A stretch of 40,147 bases of DNA from Octopus bimaculoides (lineage: Eukaryota). The DNA lies in the NCBI RefSeq assembly GCF_001194135.2, contig NC_068990.1, positions 59,131,442 through 59,171,588 on the forward strand, in the 5' to 3' direction. Made by a program: the position numbers and the translations under genes. This document shows positions 1 to 11,582 of the stretch, one piece after another; the stretch's first letter is position 1, and every line of letters begins with the position of its first letter. The notes under the pieces were generated by a model. That model did not search any database, had not been told where the DNA came from, and worked only from the letters and a program-made list of their open reading frames with translations.

Positions 1-44
<44 letters not shown>

Positions 45-205
45 ACGGGCTTCTTTTGATTTCCGTCTAACAAATTCACTCGTAAGGCTTTGATCGACCC
101 GAGGCTATAGTAGAAGATATTTGCGCGAGGTGCCACGCTGTGTGACTGAACCTGGAATCATGTGGTTGAGAAGCAAACATTTTACTACACAGTCACACCT
201 GCGCC
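1..205 (-). mobile_element. SINE family A, 5' half (tRNA-like head plus internal (TA)n), cut by window start
   Basis: Reverse complement matches the head of the copies at 481 and 20231 (GGCGCAGG..TGGCTGTGTGG..GGTTCAGTC..TCTTCTACTATAGCC); (TA)n at 1-41 is the internal microsatellite. Confidence 0.85.
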
Positions 206-480
206 AATAGACGTGCTCTTGTTGGCGCAGGTGTGAAACAAGAGCAATATAGTGCTCTTGTTTCTGAAATAGTTTCGTGTTTAATGTGGCTTATGTTTTA
301 ATGATGTGTTTCATAGGTTATTAGAAGATGTCAGATTTACAGCACTAACTCAAATTAGGCAGTAAATATTGATATACGAAAAACAAACTCTTTTACTGGT
401 TTTGGCTTACTGGTGTATGTTTATTAAATGTTTTACAGGAAACTAAATTTTGGTTACCTAAGTTAAATATCAAAGTACAT

Positions 481-613
481 AGACGCAGGAGTGGCTGTGT
501 GGTAAGTAGCTTGCTTACCAACCACATGGTTCCGGATTCAGTCCCACTGCGTGGCACCTTGGGCAAGTGTCTTCTACTATAGCCTGAAACTGAAACTGAA
601 AGAAGCCCGTCAT

Positions 614-664
<51 letters not shown>

Positions 665-908
665 TGTGTGTCCGTGTTTGTCCTCCCCACCACCACCACC
701 ATCGCTTGACAACCGATGCTGGTGTGTTTATGTGCCCGTAACTTAGTGGTTCGGCAAAAGAGACCAATAGAATAAGTACCAGGCTTACAAAGAATAAGTC
801 CTGTGGTCGATTTGCTCGACTAAAGGCGGTGCTCCAGCATGGCCGCAATCAAATGACTGAAACAAGTAAAAGAGTAAAAGAGAAAGAGAGAAGAGAGTAA
901 GAGAGAGA
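481..908 (+). mobile_element. SINE family A, near full length (small internal deletion)
   Basis: A-box-like TGGCTGTGTGG, B-box-like GATTCAGTCCC, internal (TA)n near 620-661, tail GGCGGTGCTCCAGCATGGCCGCAATCAAATGACTGAAAC then AG-rich tail; many homologous copies in window. Confidence 0.9.
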
Positions 909-1485
909 ATAATTCTGGATTGTGACAGTAAAAATTCATTTAAAAGATTTTTTTTTCCTCCTGAATGGAATCAACTTTGCTCTAAAGCCAGCCTTGCTAC
1001 GGGTTGAATAATGCAGCCAAGCAGTGCCAGCGCCAGAATTTTCTTCGCCTTAAGCCACTCCAGTAACGTGAATCCCTTTCATCCAATGTTTTCCTTAGAC
1101 CTCTGCTCTCTGCGCCAGCTGAACAAAAACACTTGAAAACTTGTAATTAACTTGCAAACTAGATATCTATTGTCATATGATCTTGCTTATCAATGAGTAA
1201 ATCTGGTATCTTGCAAAATTTGAAATATTTCGTGCTAAATCATGTGATTGGTCATAAACACCCCACACCGCTTTCGTCTCTCCTGCCCTCGACATTTTTG
1301 TCATCTACCCTCCTTTGTTCAGAGAGACCTTACCTCTCTCTTTATTAAGTTTAGCATTAATAAATTTTGTCTCAGTTGTTCAGTTTTTCAAAATTCATGT
1401 TGGGACCCCGAGTCTTAGTCTTGCAGTTAAGATGTTTGTGTGTCATGAAAAAAGAATTCAACTATTTCGCATAGGGTTGTTGTGT

Positions 1486-1693
1486 GTATCGCTATATCGC
1501 GGTTCACCTTTCGCACACACAGTACATCGCGGATTTTTCTGGCTAATATATGTAAATTCATATCGCGAAATCCTCAGTAAATTCCGGATTTCTGGGGCCG
1601 ATAGGTATTTATTATTATTTTTTTTTTTTAGATTTTAATTATTTCTGTGCGAAGTTTTGGAACATAACACCTGCGATAGTCGAGGGATTACTA
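1486..1693. mobile_element. pogo/Tigger-like MITE remnant
   Basis: Right end reads TA-(T)AGTAATCCCTCGACTATCGC on the minus strand; left end TCGCTATATCGCGGTTCACCTTTCGC resembles Tigger-type subterminal sequence; left TIR truncated. Confidence 0.45.
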
Positions 1694-1954
1694 TATAAGA
1701 TTGAGTAGTTAAGGCCTTATATATAAGCACGTGTTTATTTTGCTTGATGGTTAATCCAGCGCTGTATATATATTTATATACATATATTGCGTGTGTTTTT
1801 ACATAAGCATCTGACAATGTATTTGTATTAAATTTTTAACATGACGTTTTTGCTCCAACCCTCCTTTTCATATAACTATTTGTATACTTCCACACATTTT
1901 CTGAACTGCTATTTTTCTTTTACTTCGCTTACATCGATGGGTTCTGGTAGGGAT

Positions 1955-2110
1955 CAGTAGAATCGTTAAAGCACCGGAAAAATACATTGCAGTACTTTTT
2001 TCGGCTCTTTACTTTCTGAGTTCAAATCATACCATAGTTAACTTCGTTACTCATTCCTCCATGGTCGATAAAATAAAAACCCCAGTCAACTATCGAATTC
2101 GATATAATCG
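1955..2110 (+). mobile_element. SINE family B, diverged copy
   Basis: GAATCGTTA..CTGAGTTCAAAT..GGTCGATAAAATAA..TCGATATAATCGACT matches copies at 11376, 14213 and 22722. Confidence 0.7.
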
Positions 2111-2221
2111 ACTGACCACCCCGCTCAAAATTTGTTTTAAATTTTAGCACAAGAACAGCAAGTTCAGGATGACAGAGGAATAAACTATTATGCTATGAAC
2201 TTCATCAGCATACAGTAAGTG

Positions 2222-2356
2222 GGGTAAGTCGATTACATTGACCCCAGTGCTCAAGTGATACTTATTTTATCGATCTCGAAAGGATAAAAGATAAAGTCAA
2301 CTATAGCGGAATAATTTGAACCCAAAACGTAAAGACAGACAAAACGCCGCTAAGCA
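2222..2356 (-). mobile_element. SINE family B, partial copy
   Basis: AAGTCGATTACATTGACCCCAGTG..TTATCGATCTCGAAAGGAT..AAAGTCAAC..AACGTAAAGACAGAC aligns with 14213-14437. Confidence 0.8.
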
Positions 2357-2359
2357 TAT

Positions 2360-2526
2360 ATGTACGACGAGCTTCTTTCAGTTTCCGTCTACCAAATACA
2401 CTCACAAGGCTTTGGTCGGTTCGACACTATAGTAGAAGATACTTGCCCAAGGTTCCACATAGTTAGACTGAACCCGGAACTCTGAGGTTTGTAAGTAAAC
2501 TTCTTACACACAGCCATACTTGCGCC
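2360..2526 (-). mobile_element. SINE family A, 5' half
   Basis: GCTTCTTTCAGTTTCCGTCTACCAAAT..ACAAGGCTTTGGTCGG..TATAGTAGAAGA..CACAGCCAT..TGCGCC aligns with 20476-20637. Confidence 0.85.
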
Positions 2527-2879
2527 CATAAGAACATTTTGTGAAGGTATTCCAACCACCAGCTTCATAATGAAAAGTTATTTTATTCAATCGTTAAAAA
2601 AAAAAATGTTGATTATTCTCAAAATTAATTGAAACACAATTTATGCATATAATTAAAAACGGAGTGATGAAAGGGTTAATGAAAGCAAAAACAGAAAGAA
2701 AAAACATAAAAACAAAGAAAGAAATATCTATTTTTTGTTTTCAGTTATCGGACTGCGGTCATGTAGGAGCATCGCTGTCAAAGATTTTTAGTCTCAGTAT
2801 TAATTCTAATTGAGTCTATATTTTATCTATATCTGTTTGGCGAACCACTAGTTTACTTCACATAAAGAGACACTACATA

Positions 2880-3736
2880 CGTGGTCTGATTCATAAATAT
2901 CTGGACTGTTGCTATAGTAACAAAGCTAAATCACGGAGAGTGGAGCTGCTTGGCACAGATTGACCTTGAACTCTATTGTGCATGCACACTAGGTTTCAAC
3001 GTTCTAGCTCACTTCCGCCGTTTACAGCAGTGCTTCGAAGGAAGGTATGTAGCGTGTGATCGTCGCATTGACCATGACAGAGAAAGTTGAGCAGAGAATC
3101 TGCATCAAATTTAGCCAAAAGCTTGGCGATACCTGCTCAGAGGCCTGAGTAAAGTTTTTTCAAAATTCTTCTTCGTTCTTGATAGAATCAAGGAGATCTT
3201 GTACAATTGAAACCCGAGTGTCTTTTTGGTTAGCTGAAAGCAGTTTTAGTACAAACTTGGCAGACACGCGTCTCATACCCAAATCTTCAGTAATAATTGA
3301 CTGAACTAAATCGTAACTAATCTGCACATTCTCTCATAACTCGCGGATGGTGATTCGACGATTTCCCCTCACAGCTGTTTTCCTCAGTTCTGCTGATTGC
3401 GGGTCTCCCAGAAAGTTCGTCAATATTGACATTTGTTCGGCCACTCGTACTCGTGTGCGGCTCATACCCTCCTCTCCATACACTTTCTGCAACTTTGCGT
3501 AGGCCTCTGAGCAGGTATCGCCATGACAACTTTCTATGTCATGGTCAATGCGACGATCACACGCTACACATGTTCCTTCTATTAACTGTTGTAAACAGCG
3601 GAAGTGAGCTAGAATATTAAAACTTAGTGCGCATGCACAGCAAAGTTTAAGGTCAATTTGTACCAAGCAGCTTTACTCTGCGTACTTTAGCTTCGTTACT
3701 ATGGCAACAGTCCGGATACTTATTGATCAGACCTCT
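2880..3736. mobile_element. Foldback mariner derivative made of two inverted 5' ends
   Basis: TA at 2878-2879 and 3737-3738; ends CGTGGTCTGATTCATAAATATCTGGACTG and CAGTCCGGATACTTATTGATCAGACCTC; arms of about 270 bp are inverted copies. Minus strand encodes a frameshifted mariner N-terminus (GDTCSEAYAKLQKVYGEEGMSRTRV..SGRP..NRRITIREL..ITEDLGMRRVSAKFV). Confidence 0.85.
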
Positions 3737-3836
3737 TAAAAACAACAGCAGTTAATTGTTGTAAACATAACGCGGATACACAACGTTCTTCTGCGCAGTT
3801 TTTCTCTCTCTGCCAAATTCCATTTACAATCATTTA

Positions 3837-4720
3837 TGAGGATCGGCTAAAAAGTTCACAAGCTAACCGAGATATTCTCATGGAATGTGACCAAATGAAG
3901 TTTATTTTTCAACATAGTCCATACACTTTTTCCATTGGTGTTCCAATGCTTGGGTCCCACAGGTGAAGGAGCTTTCATCCTGTTGGTCAAAAACGTCAAC
4001 AACAGCAAATATTACGTCATCACTACTGCGATACGGGCTTTTAGCCAAGTGTTTTTTCATGTTGGGGAACAGACGACAGTCAGAAGAATAGGGACAATGA
4101 TAAACTAGCTCAAACATACAGTCATGAACAACAGCCATTGAAACCGAGAGCATTGTGCTGATGAAACAAGACCCCTTTCGTCGGTTTTCCTGCCAGTTTG
4201 ATCTTGACAGCTTTTCGTAACTGCCTCAGCAAGTTTGCATAGTACTCTCCATTGATGGTGTGGCTCTTTTGAAAATTAGTCAATAAACACAAAACCTTTT
4301 GCATCTCTTAAAAAACTGAGCCATCACCTTCCCCGCAGATGAAACGATCTTGATCTTCTTTGGAACACATGAGTGGGGGTGTTTTCTCTGCGTGGATTGT
4401 CTCTTTGTCTCTGGCTCAAAGTGATGACGCCAATACTCATCATGAATTAGGAAACATTCAAGGAAGCCAGTTGGATTTGCCTCAAACAATGTCAGATTTT
4501 CCAATATTTGCAGGTACTTGATAAACACTACGATGTCAAACTTTGTAAATTTTCAAAAGAAGTCGCTACTAGTTACTTTTGAAATCTTCTTTGAACAGTC
4601 AGATGTCAGTTTACGTGGAAAGAAACAATGTAGAAATGTTGAAATTTAATGCATGCAAGATTTCACAGCTCTAGCCTCACTTCTTCATAGTCAACCTATG
4701 AAGTTTTCAGCCCATCCTCG
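3837..4720 (-). mobile_element. Mariner (DD34D-type) non-autonomous element, internally deleted and frameshifted transposase
   Basis: TIRs TA-TGAGGATCGGCTAAAAAGTTCACAAGCTAAC and GTCAACCTATGAAGTTTTCAGCCCATCCTCG-TA; ORF fragments DEYWRHHFEPETKRQS, SSAGKVMA, TINGEYYANLL, LFHQHNA, HCPYSSD, LFPNMKKHL, WKKC are mariner motifs. Confidence 0.92.
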
Positions 4721-4966
4721 TAAGTCATCAACTCAAGGCTACAGTAGACAATACTAACCTAACACAGATCATGCTGCTGTGTACTTGTGCTGATTCCTTT
4801 TAACTTTAACGAAGTATCTACGTAGAGAGACATGAAGAAAGGAACTAAATTTTTCCTTCATTTCTTAAGTCCATTAGAGACATACGCAGCTTCAAGTGGA
4901 AATTAAAATTGCAACGAGGTCCAGGATTGTTAAGAGCTTCTTGTTCGCTCTGCTGGCACGAGCTAC

Positions 4967-5011
4967 CTTTTCCGAGAAGCGGGACGCTTGAGACATTGTT
5001 CATCATCACAA
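4967..5011 (-). other. Possible 45-nt exon of a minus-strand transcript
   Basis: Minus-strand acceptor TTTG(T)14AG at 5012-5013, donor-like AAG|GTAGCT after 4967; non-repetitive, GC-richer sequence; no recognisable protein. Confidence 0.2.
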
Positions 5012-5331
5012 CTAAAAAAAAAAAAACAAATTCACGGTAATTTTTTCGTTAGGCGTGCCATTCAGAAAGCCATGCGGGCTGCAGTTTGCTCACGAATTAG
5101 TCCATAGCGCTTGCCAAACTAGCTTTCACTATATTGAATTCTAACACGAGCATACATCCACACTGCGACTTACTTTACCGATCCTTCTGAAATACAATAG
5201 GGGAAGGTGAAATATCGGCAGGTTTTGAACTTAGAGCATAAAGGGAACGCAACAAAATGCCACAAGTCATTTTGCTCGGCGGTCTATTAATTCAGTTATA
5301 CGCATGTATGCCTACTCGTACAATATTCTCA

Positions 5332-5538
5332 TGCTTGAATTTGATGGCATAAAAGACCCATGGGCATGTGAGAAGCACCCCAATTATTAGCCGTGCATAT
5401 TAAGGAAAAGGATTGGGGTTTTAATGCATGTAATATAGGCCCAGCTTCGCATATGGGATCCGGGATATTATTTTTATTTGAGATAGTTTTTGGTAGAGGG
5501 GAACGGGAAGTTCGTATTATATGTCGGCAAATAAGGTA
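5332..5538. mobile_element. Tc2/pogo-like MITE, degenerate
   Basis: Right end CGTATTATATGTCGGCAAATAAGGTA is an imperfect inverted match to left ATTTGATGGCATAAAAGAC, similar to TACCGTATTT-type TIRs. Confidence 0.35.
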
Positions 5539-7172
5539 AATAATTTTTTTCTCGTTTAAATCATTGCTTTATTCCTGTGCTTTTAGTATTTGTTAGTTTT
5601 CTGGCAGACTCCTCGAGGTGACAGATTATTCGAACAGGTGAACCAAACACTAACAGCTAGACATAAAATCATTGGTTTCTATTTGTCTTTTAAATAGCAA
5701 CGTCCAACCTGTTCTGAATGTGAACCTACTTTATTCAACAAACTTTGCTGTAATCTATTTACATTTACTCCTCATTGCTCCGAAAATTTGCTGCTTTGCA
5801 ATTCTGTTAGAGTAAATAGATCGGAAAAGAGGTGTAAATAGAGTAGATAGCGATGAAGGACTGAATCGGTCGCTGTGTGTATTTGATTTTTACTCAACGT
5901 TTTTTTAAAGTTTATTTTATTACATAGAAACCTGTTCTAGTGTTTACTGTTGGAGACTTCCATATTATTGTATTATCTGTTTTTCGTTGAAGTATTTTGA
6001 GATTGAGCCAACGAGAGAGAGAGAGAGAGAGGAGGTTGTGGTTGTTCGATTTGCTAGAAATAGCGGTCACTCGCACTCAAATCACATCAAGAGGAATTAA
6101 TGCAAAAGGCAACTTCGAGATCTCTCGATTCGCAATAAACAGCGACCAAATTTCTCACAACTCAAACCTTACTATATTAAATTAAAATAGAATAAAAAGT
6201 TACACATTGGATAATGTAGTCAAAATTTATTATATTCGAACAACAACAGCAACAATAAAGGTGGGGGACATGATGGTCACAACGGGAATATCTTTGGTCG
6301 TATAAGTTTGCTCGATCATTTCTGACTTGGAGATAAACTAAACAAGATAAAGAAATAACACATCAGACTATGTTGCTTTGCATACACGAACAAGACTAGA
6401 CAGCCACGTCTGGGTTGTTTTTCATTACATTTTACCAGGAGCTAAATAACAACGGTCATCTAAGTTCAAAATTATGATTTTTGTTTTTTATGGTGTGAAA
6501 TTTTTAAAACTTTTTTTCACCGTTTTGTCTGTGAAAGAAGAGCAGTGCCAATGACCGTTTATTTTTTCAGGTTCCCTGAAACTAGAGGGAGGCAAAAGAG
6601 GAAGTTGCCCCTTAAACGGGAAACCTGGCTTGAATGCTTGTAACAGATATCTATGGGTAAGGTGTTGGTGTTAAACAGAGTGATGAATTACGACTACTAT
6701 CCAAGTCAGAATGTCAAGAACGAGAACATATACTACAAGGCTCAAACAAATCCGCCAATCCATCGCCCTGGTACTTTATTTAATAACACGCAGTTCTCCA
6801 TCGTAAAAATGATGGAAGTAAATTGCCCTAAAAAGTGAAAGTAAATTTGCAATAAAAACTGAAAGGCACGAGAGTAATATACCCAAATTTCATAAAACAC
6901 GTTTGATATCCGATGGGTGGCTTTCCTATGTGGTTCAGGGCAACTTCTATACTCACGAAGTTGTTAACCATTCACTTAATTTTGTTGATTCAAATGATAA
7001 TGGAATCCATACACAGACTATAAAATAGCGAGGGATGCTTGCCTAGAAGAAACTTAGGCAACAGGGTGGGACTAGTGATGATCTATTTACATCATAACTT
7101 CAGGAGCATGTGTAGCGTAACGAATTTAGAGATCGAGAACACCTAGTCAAGAATCTCATTTCATGCATCATC

Positions 7173-7312
7173 AGTAACTTCGGCAAAAGAAACCGATAGA
7201 AAGCTTAAAATATAAGTCCTGGGGTCGATTTGTTTCAACTAAAATCCTACAAGGCGGCGCTCCAGCATAAACAGCAGTCAAATGACTAAAACAAGTAAAA
7301 GAATAAAAGAAT
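7173..7312 (+). mobile_element. SINE family A, 3' half
   Basis: TTCGGCAAAAGAAACCGATAGAA..AAGTCCTGGGGTCGATTTG..AAGGCGGCGCTCCAGCAT..CAGTCAAATGACTAAAACAAGTAAAAGAATAAAAG. Confidence 0.8.
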
Positions 7313-9072
7313 ACTTGTACAAGGTTGCCAAGTTCGGTTATTCGCGGCAGATTGCATTACTTTACAGAACTAAACGCTACGAATATGTATTTATTTAATA
7401 CTTAAAAATCTTAATTATTAAAGGTAAGAATCCTATTAAAGAAATCAAATTACCGCTTCAGAAAAAACAACCTGTAGGTAATTCTTTCACATACCTACGT
7501 ACATATTTATTTAGGGTTACGTTCTATCACAGCATCTTCATTTTGGGTTACTTTCTACCACAAATAGCTAGTTTTTCTTTCTTGGGCAATCCTACACATG
7601 TAACAACATATCTGGTATTATCACTGTATTGTCAATGACCCTGTTGTATTCTATCCTGATTTATTATTAATTTAAATTCGGCGATTATCTCCCCTCATGT
7701 CATTACCAGAACTAGTCTTAAGTATGATTTTTTCCTTTCTCATCACTACCAACGTAATTTTGATTAATTAAAACTTCTTGACTCACTGCATTAAGTATAT
7801 TAGTATCTAACATGCTGCTGAGTTTTCATGCAGCAGGCGTCACTGGGTGTTTTCGTGCCAGTTTTTCTCCTCTGAAAAGTTTACAGTCTGCGTAAGTAAG
7901 AAAAACCAGACTGTAAACCTTTTCTAGTTTTCTAATATAAAAATTTTTGGTGAGTTTTATTTTACTGTTATGTTTTCATCTTATGATGTCATTTTCTGTG
8001 TCGTTCTCTTCTACATTAGCCGATTATTAACACACCAGAACGGACAAACAACTTCGACAGGAAATTTTTATTCTGTTTGTGTTGGTTGGCATTGATTTTA
8101 CACCAACCAATCTCCGCTATTTGTCTTTGTAATGTGTGTGCTTGAGCGTAGACATTCTATGAATGGCTAATATTGGTTTATGCTGAAAGCAATCAGCTGG
8201 TTGGATAGAAAAGATAAGTTAGCTAGCTAGAAAGCAGTCAGTGTAGCGGCTATTTGGAATGTATTATTATTATTTATCATTATTGTTGTTGTTGTTGCTT
8301 GTCAAGAGCAGACGTCTGTAACTGAGCTCACGTAAGAATATTACAATATTTCACTTCTGCAATTTATTTTATTTGTTTGTTTACTTTTATCATGATTCGG
8401 AGCAGTTGAATGTTCACTCCTGCTTAGATTAGGGTGGGAAATATAAAATATTGATTGCGCTTTGACGTTTTTTAAATGTTTTATTTTGTAAACTCTAGTT
8501 TACTTGCATAGCTTTTATGTGTGAGATAGCTGCAAGAGGTTTTAGCCACTAAAGAAGTAGCAATAATATACACGCCTACGACGTAAGGACTTGTGAAAAA
8601 TACCAACACAGAACTTTAAAAAGACAAACAGTAAAAGGAAGGAAAACATACAATATTGAATGAGCAAATATGGAACGTTCAGATTTCAGCAAACGAAAAA
8701 AGCAATGTTTAGAGACACTTTCAAATTTATCAGAATATTTGGGCTGAAGATTGGAATAGTGAAGTTTTCGTTCGCTTAACCATGAAACGATTCGTACCCA
8801 ATTAACTAAAGGCTTGTTTTGTTTGTGCTTTTCCCTCCGTTTTTTTGTTCTATGTGTGCCATAAATATCGCCATCCATTTTAGAGAAAAATTTGTAGTTT
8901 AGAATCAGTAGTTCTTTGACTGCTGTTTCTGAATTTTCAGTATGTTGGAGAAGCAACTCAATTGCTAATCCCTTATATTTATGATGATAAATGGTCTTAC
9001 CGATAAAGGTTTATTTCATACTGAACTACTTGGCAAAATTGTTAATTGTTAATTCTATTATTAATTGACGAT

Positions 9073-9639
9073 NNNNNNNNNNNNNNNNNNNNNNNNNNNN
9101 NNNNNNNNNNNNNNNNNNNNNNNNNNNNNNNNNNNNNNNNNNNNNNNNNNNNNNNNNNNNNNNNNNNNNNNNNNNNNNNNNNNNNNNNNNNNNNNNNNNN
9201 NNNNNNNNNNNNNNNNNNNNNNNNNNNNNNNNNNNNNNNNNNNNNNNNNNNNNNNNNNNNNNNNNNNNNNNNNNNNNNNNNNNNNNNNNNNNNNNNNNNN
9301 NNNNNNNNNNNNNNNNNNNNNNNNNNNNNNNNNNNNNNNNNNNNNNNNNNNNNNNNNNNNNNNNNNNNNNNNNNNNNNNNNNNNNNNNNNNNNNNNNNNN
9401 NNNNNNNNNNNNNNNNNNNNNNNNNNNNNNNNNNNNNNNNNNNNNNNNNNNNNNNNNNNNNNNNNNNNNNNNNNNNNNNNNNNNNNNNNNNNNNNNNNNN
9501 NNNNNNNNNNNNNNNNNNNNNNNNNNNNNNNNNNNNNNNNNNNNNNNNNNNNNNNNNNNNNNNNNNNNNNNNNNNNNNNNNNNNNNNNNNNNNNNNNNNN
9601 NNNNNNNNNNNNNNNNNNNNNNNNNNNNNNNNNNNNNNN
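9073..9639. other. Assembly gap (N run)
   Basis: Continuous Ns; the X-rich ORFs across it are artefacts. Confidence 0.99.
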
Positions 9640-10063
9640 GTGATAAAAAAAGAGGGAGAGAGAAAAAGAAATTTAGGGTGAATTGATGATGTTTTATTAA
9701 AAGTAGTTGTGTTGATGGTAGCAGTGGGAGTGATAAGATAGAGAGAAAGAGGGACTGGACACTGAACTAACATACTGAACGAACTCACACATTTAGCCTT
9801 TTTGTGATGGTAATGGGGTGATAGTAATAGTATGAGCTGTAGTTGTGATAGAGGCGGAGGCGGTGGTGGTGGTAGCCGAAGAGGTCAGGGATGGCGGTGA
9901 GAGTAAGCGATGTGAAAGACAGTGGTGATGGTGGTGGAGGAGAATGCAGTGAAATCAAAGGTATTGATGGTGATGGCGTCAGAAGTCTGAATGGTGTGTG
10001 TATGGCAGATGTGGTGGCGATGGTGCTGGTACTGTTACAGTAAAGATTGTTAACAGAGTTTAC

Positions 10064-10800
10064 CTTTTGCATACCATCACTTTTGAAGTACAGTACCGCC
10101 AGGTGTTAAGCACCTTGGTAACTAGGTACAATATGTGGTCAGATAGGGGGTCATCTTCAATATGTAAGTTATGCAAATCCTAACGGCCCCCGAAGAGTAT
10201 AGAACCATTCCAGAGTTGTGTCTTTTCATAGATTCAGAAAGAAAAGCCATGTGGTTGGTGGTATAGGACGGAAATCCCAGCTGTTATAAGTGTTGCGGCA
10301 GCCGTTACTATGAATACTTTCTGCCTGGGAAGGTTGAAACATAGGGAAGAAGAGATCAGCAGAAATTGCAACAACAACAACAACATAACAGACTACAGCA
10401 GGTGTTGTTTTCAGGATTCCACCGATCACGGGTCCAGAAATTGTAAAGAAATCGCCTCGTCCTCAGTATTAAGTCCCCCAACAGAAAATTGATCAGAAAC
10501 CCGACAACCAACCGGAAACCGAGTAATTTTCGGTTCCTTGAAATCAGCTGGGAATCTGACCAAAGAGCCAACGACCAGATGGTCAAAAGTCAAGAAGTCG
10601 AGGCTCACTTCATTTCGACTTCAGACGATGGGGGTTTAAATGAAGACAGGAGAAGGGTAAAAAGCTGTCCAAGTAGGCTGGATAGAGAAAGAGAAAAAAA
10701 AAAAAAGAAACAAAGTAAAAACAAGGGTCTAAAAGAATCAATCTCTGCGGTGACACTGAATTTTACGGTGGTTCCAAAGAGCTACTATCGCTAGCCTATC
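10064..10800 (-). other. Putative first exon / long structured 5' leader of a minus-strand transcript (upstream limit approximate)
   Basis: About 750 bp free of interspersed repeats with CpGs retained, ending in donor-like GCAAAAG|GTAAAC at 10064/10063 and followed by low-complexity (ACC/ATC)n intron-like sequence; only short ORFs (e.g. MVCK...). Confidence 0.3.
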
Positions 10801-11375
10801 GATGTATGTTCATTTGCTTTTTGTATTGAACTACAACAGGCTCTATCTCTCGGAACTCTCACCCAAATCTACTCAAAGCACCCTCCTATCCTCTTCTCAT
10901 CATCTTTACATAAATACTCCTTTAAACAAGAATAAAAAATGATTACATAAACATTTTTATAGTTGATCTACACCACAGTAGGTTTGAGAAGTTGCTTTCT
11001 TCGTTCTCGGCTTTTTAACTCAACTTTCAACTGTAATCAATTCTCTGCTTCTCTCTTACTGCAATATGTCATCCGTTCTGATTGTTACATATCCTATGTA
11101 CCGTAAAATTATACTTAACGTACGTTTTTCTCATCGAAATCGAAATTAAAATTAGGGGTACAATTAAACGGCATCAGGTTTTTAACGTCTTTCGTCACCC
11201 GCTTTTATTTTTAAAAGAATCAAAATGTAATAAAGCTTTTTTTTTTTCAAATCGTTTTATAATGCTATATTTTATATGATGAGATATTGGATAATATTAT
11301 CTACTTTGTAATTATTGTGTATCACTATTATACATTGTATTAATTGTATTATAGTTTATTTTTAAGAGATGTCAA

Positions 11376-11582
11376 CCTGGCAGAATCGTTAACATGTCGG
11401 GAACAGTGACATTTCTTCTGGCTCTACGTTCTGTGTTCAAATGTCACCGAGGTCAACTTTGACTTTGTCATTGCTTTTTGTCGATAAAATAAGTATTAGT
11501 TGAGAACTGGGGTCGATATAATCGACTTAGCCCCTCTCCATAACACTGCTGGCCTTATATCAAAAAGAAAAAATTGAAACCG
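11376..11582 (+). mobile_element. SINE family B with alternative tail
   Basis: TGGCAGAATCGTTA..GTTCAAAT..CCGAGGTCAACTTTG..GTCGATAAAATAAGTA..CTGGGGTCGATATAATCGACT then CCCCTCTCC..GCTGGCCTT..TTGAAAC tail. Confidence 0.8.

Noticed and set aside
481-560. SINE heads as tRNA genes
   Set aside because: A/B-box-like motifs are present but there is no cloverleaf or T-run terminator, and they are fused to SINE bodies
393-848. 151-aa ORF, and similar ORFs at 20310-20647
   Set aside because: Antisense or sense read-through of SINE-A and its TA microsatellite (IYIYIY); shared peptide between copies reflects repeat homology
6653-6838. 61-aa ORF MGKVLVLNRVMNYDYYPSQ..
   Set aside because: No motif recognised; length expected by chance in 40 kb
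8576-8956. 126-aa minus-strand ORF, the longest non-repeat ORF
   Set aside because: No recognisable domain (the SVSKHCF resemblance to a THAP motif is insufficient), AT-rich composition and no flanking splice support; would need tBLASTn to revive
9042-9788. Long X-containing ORFs (also at 11881-12210 and 28163-28765)
   Set aside because: Artefacts of N gaps
10160-10429. Possible UGA read-through (selenoprotein) after ..FFLNL*KDTTLEWFYTLRGPLGFA
   Set aside because: No CxxU-like context, no SECIS identified, and a second stop soon follows
10489-10794. 101-aa plus-strand ORF
   Set aside because: Non-ATG start just after a stop, poly-K derived from a poly-A run; better explained as antisense of the candidate leader
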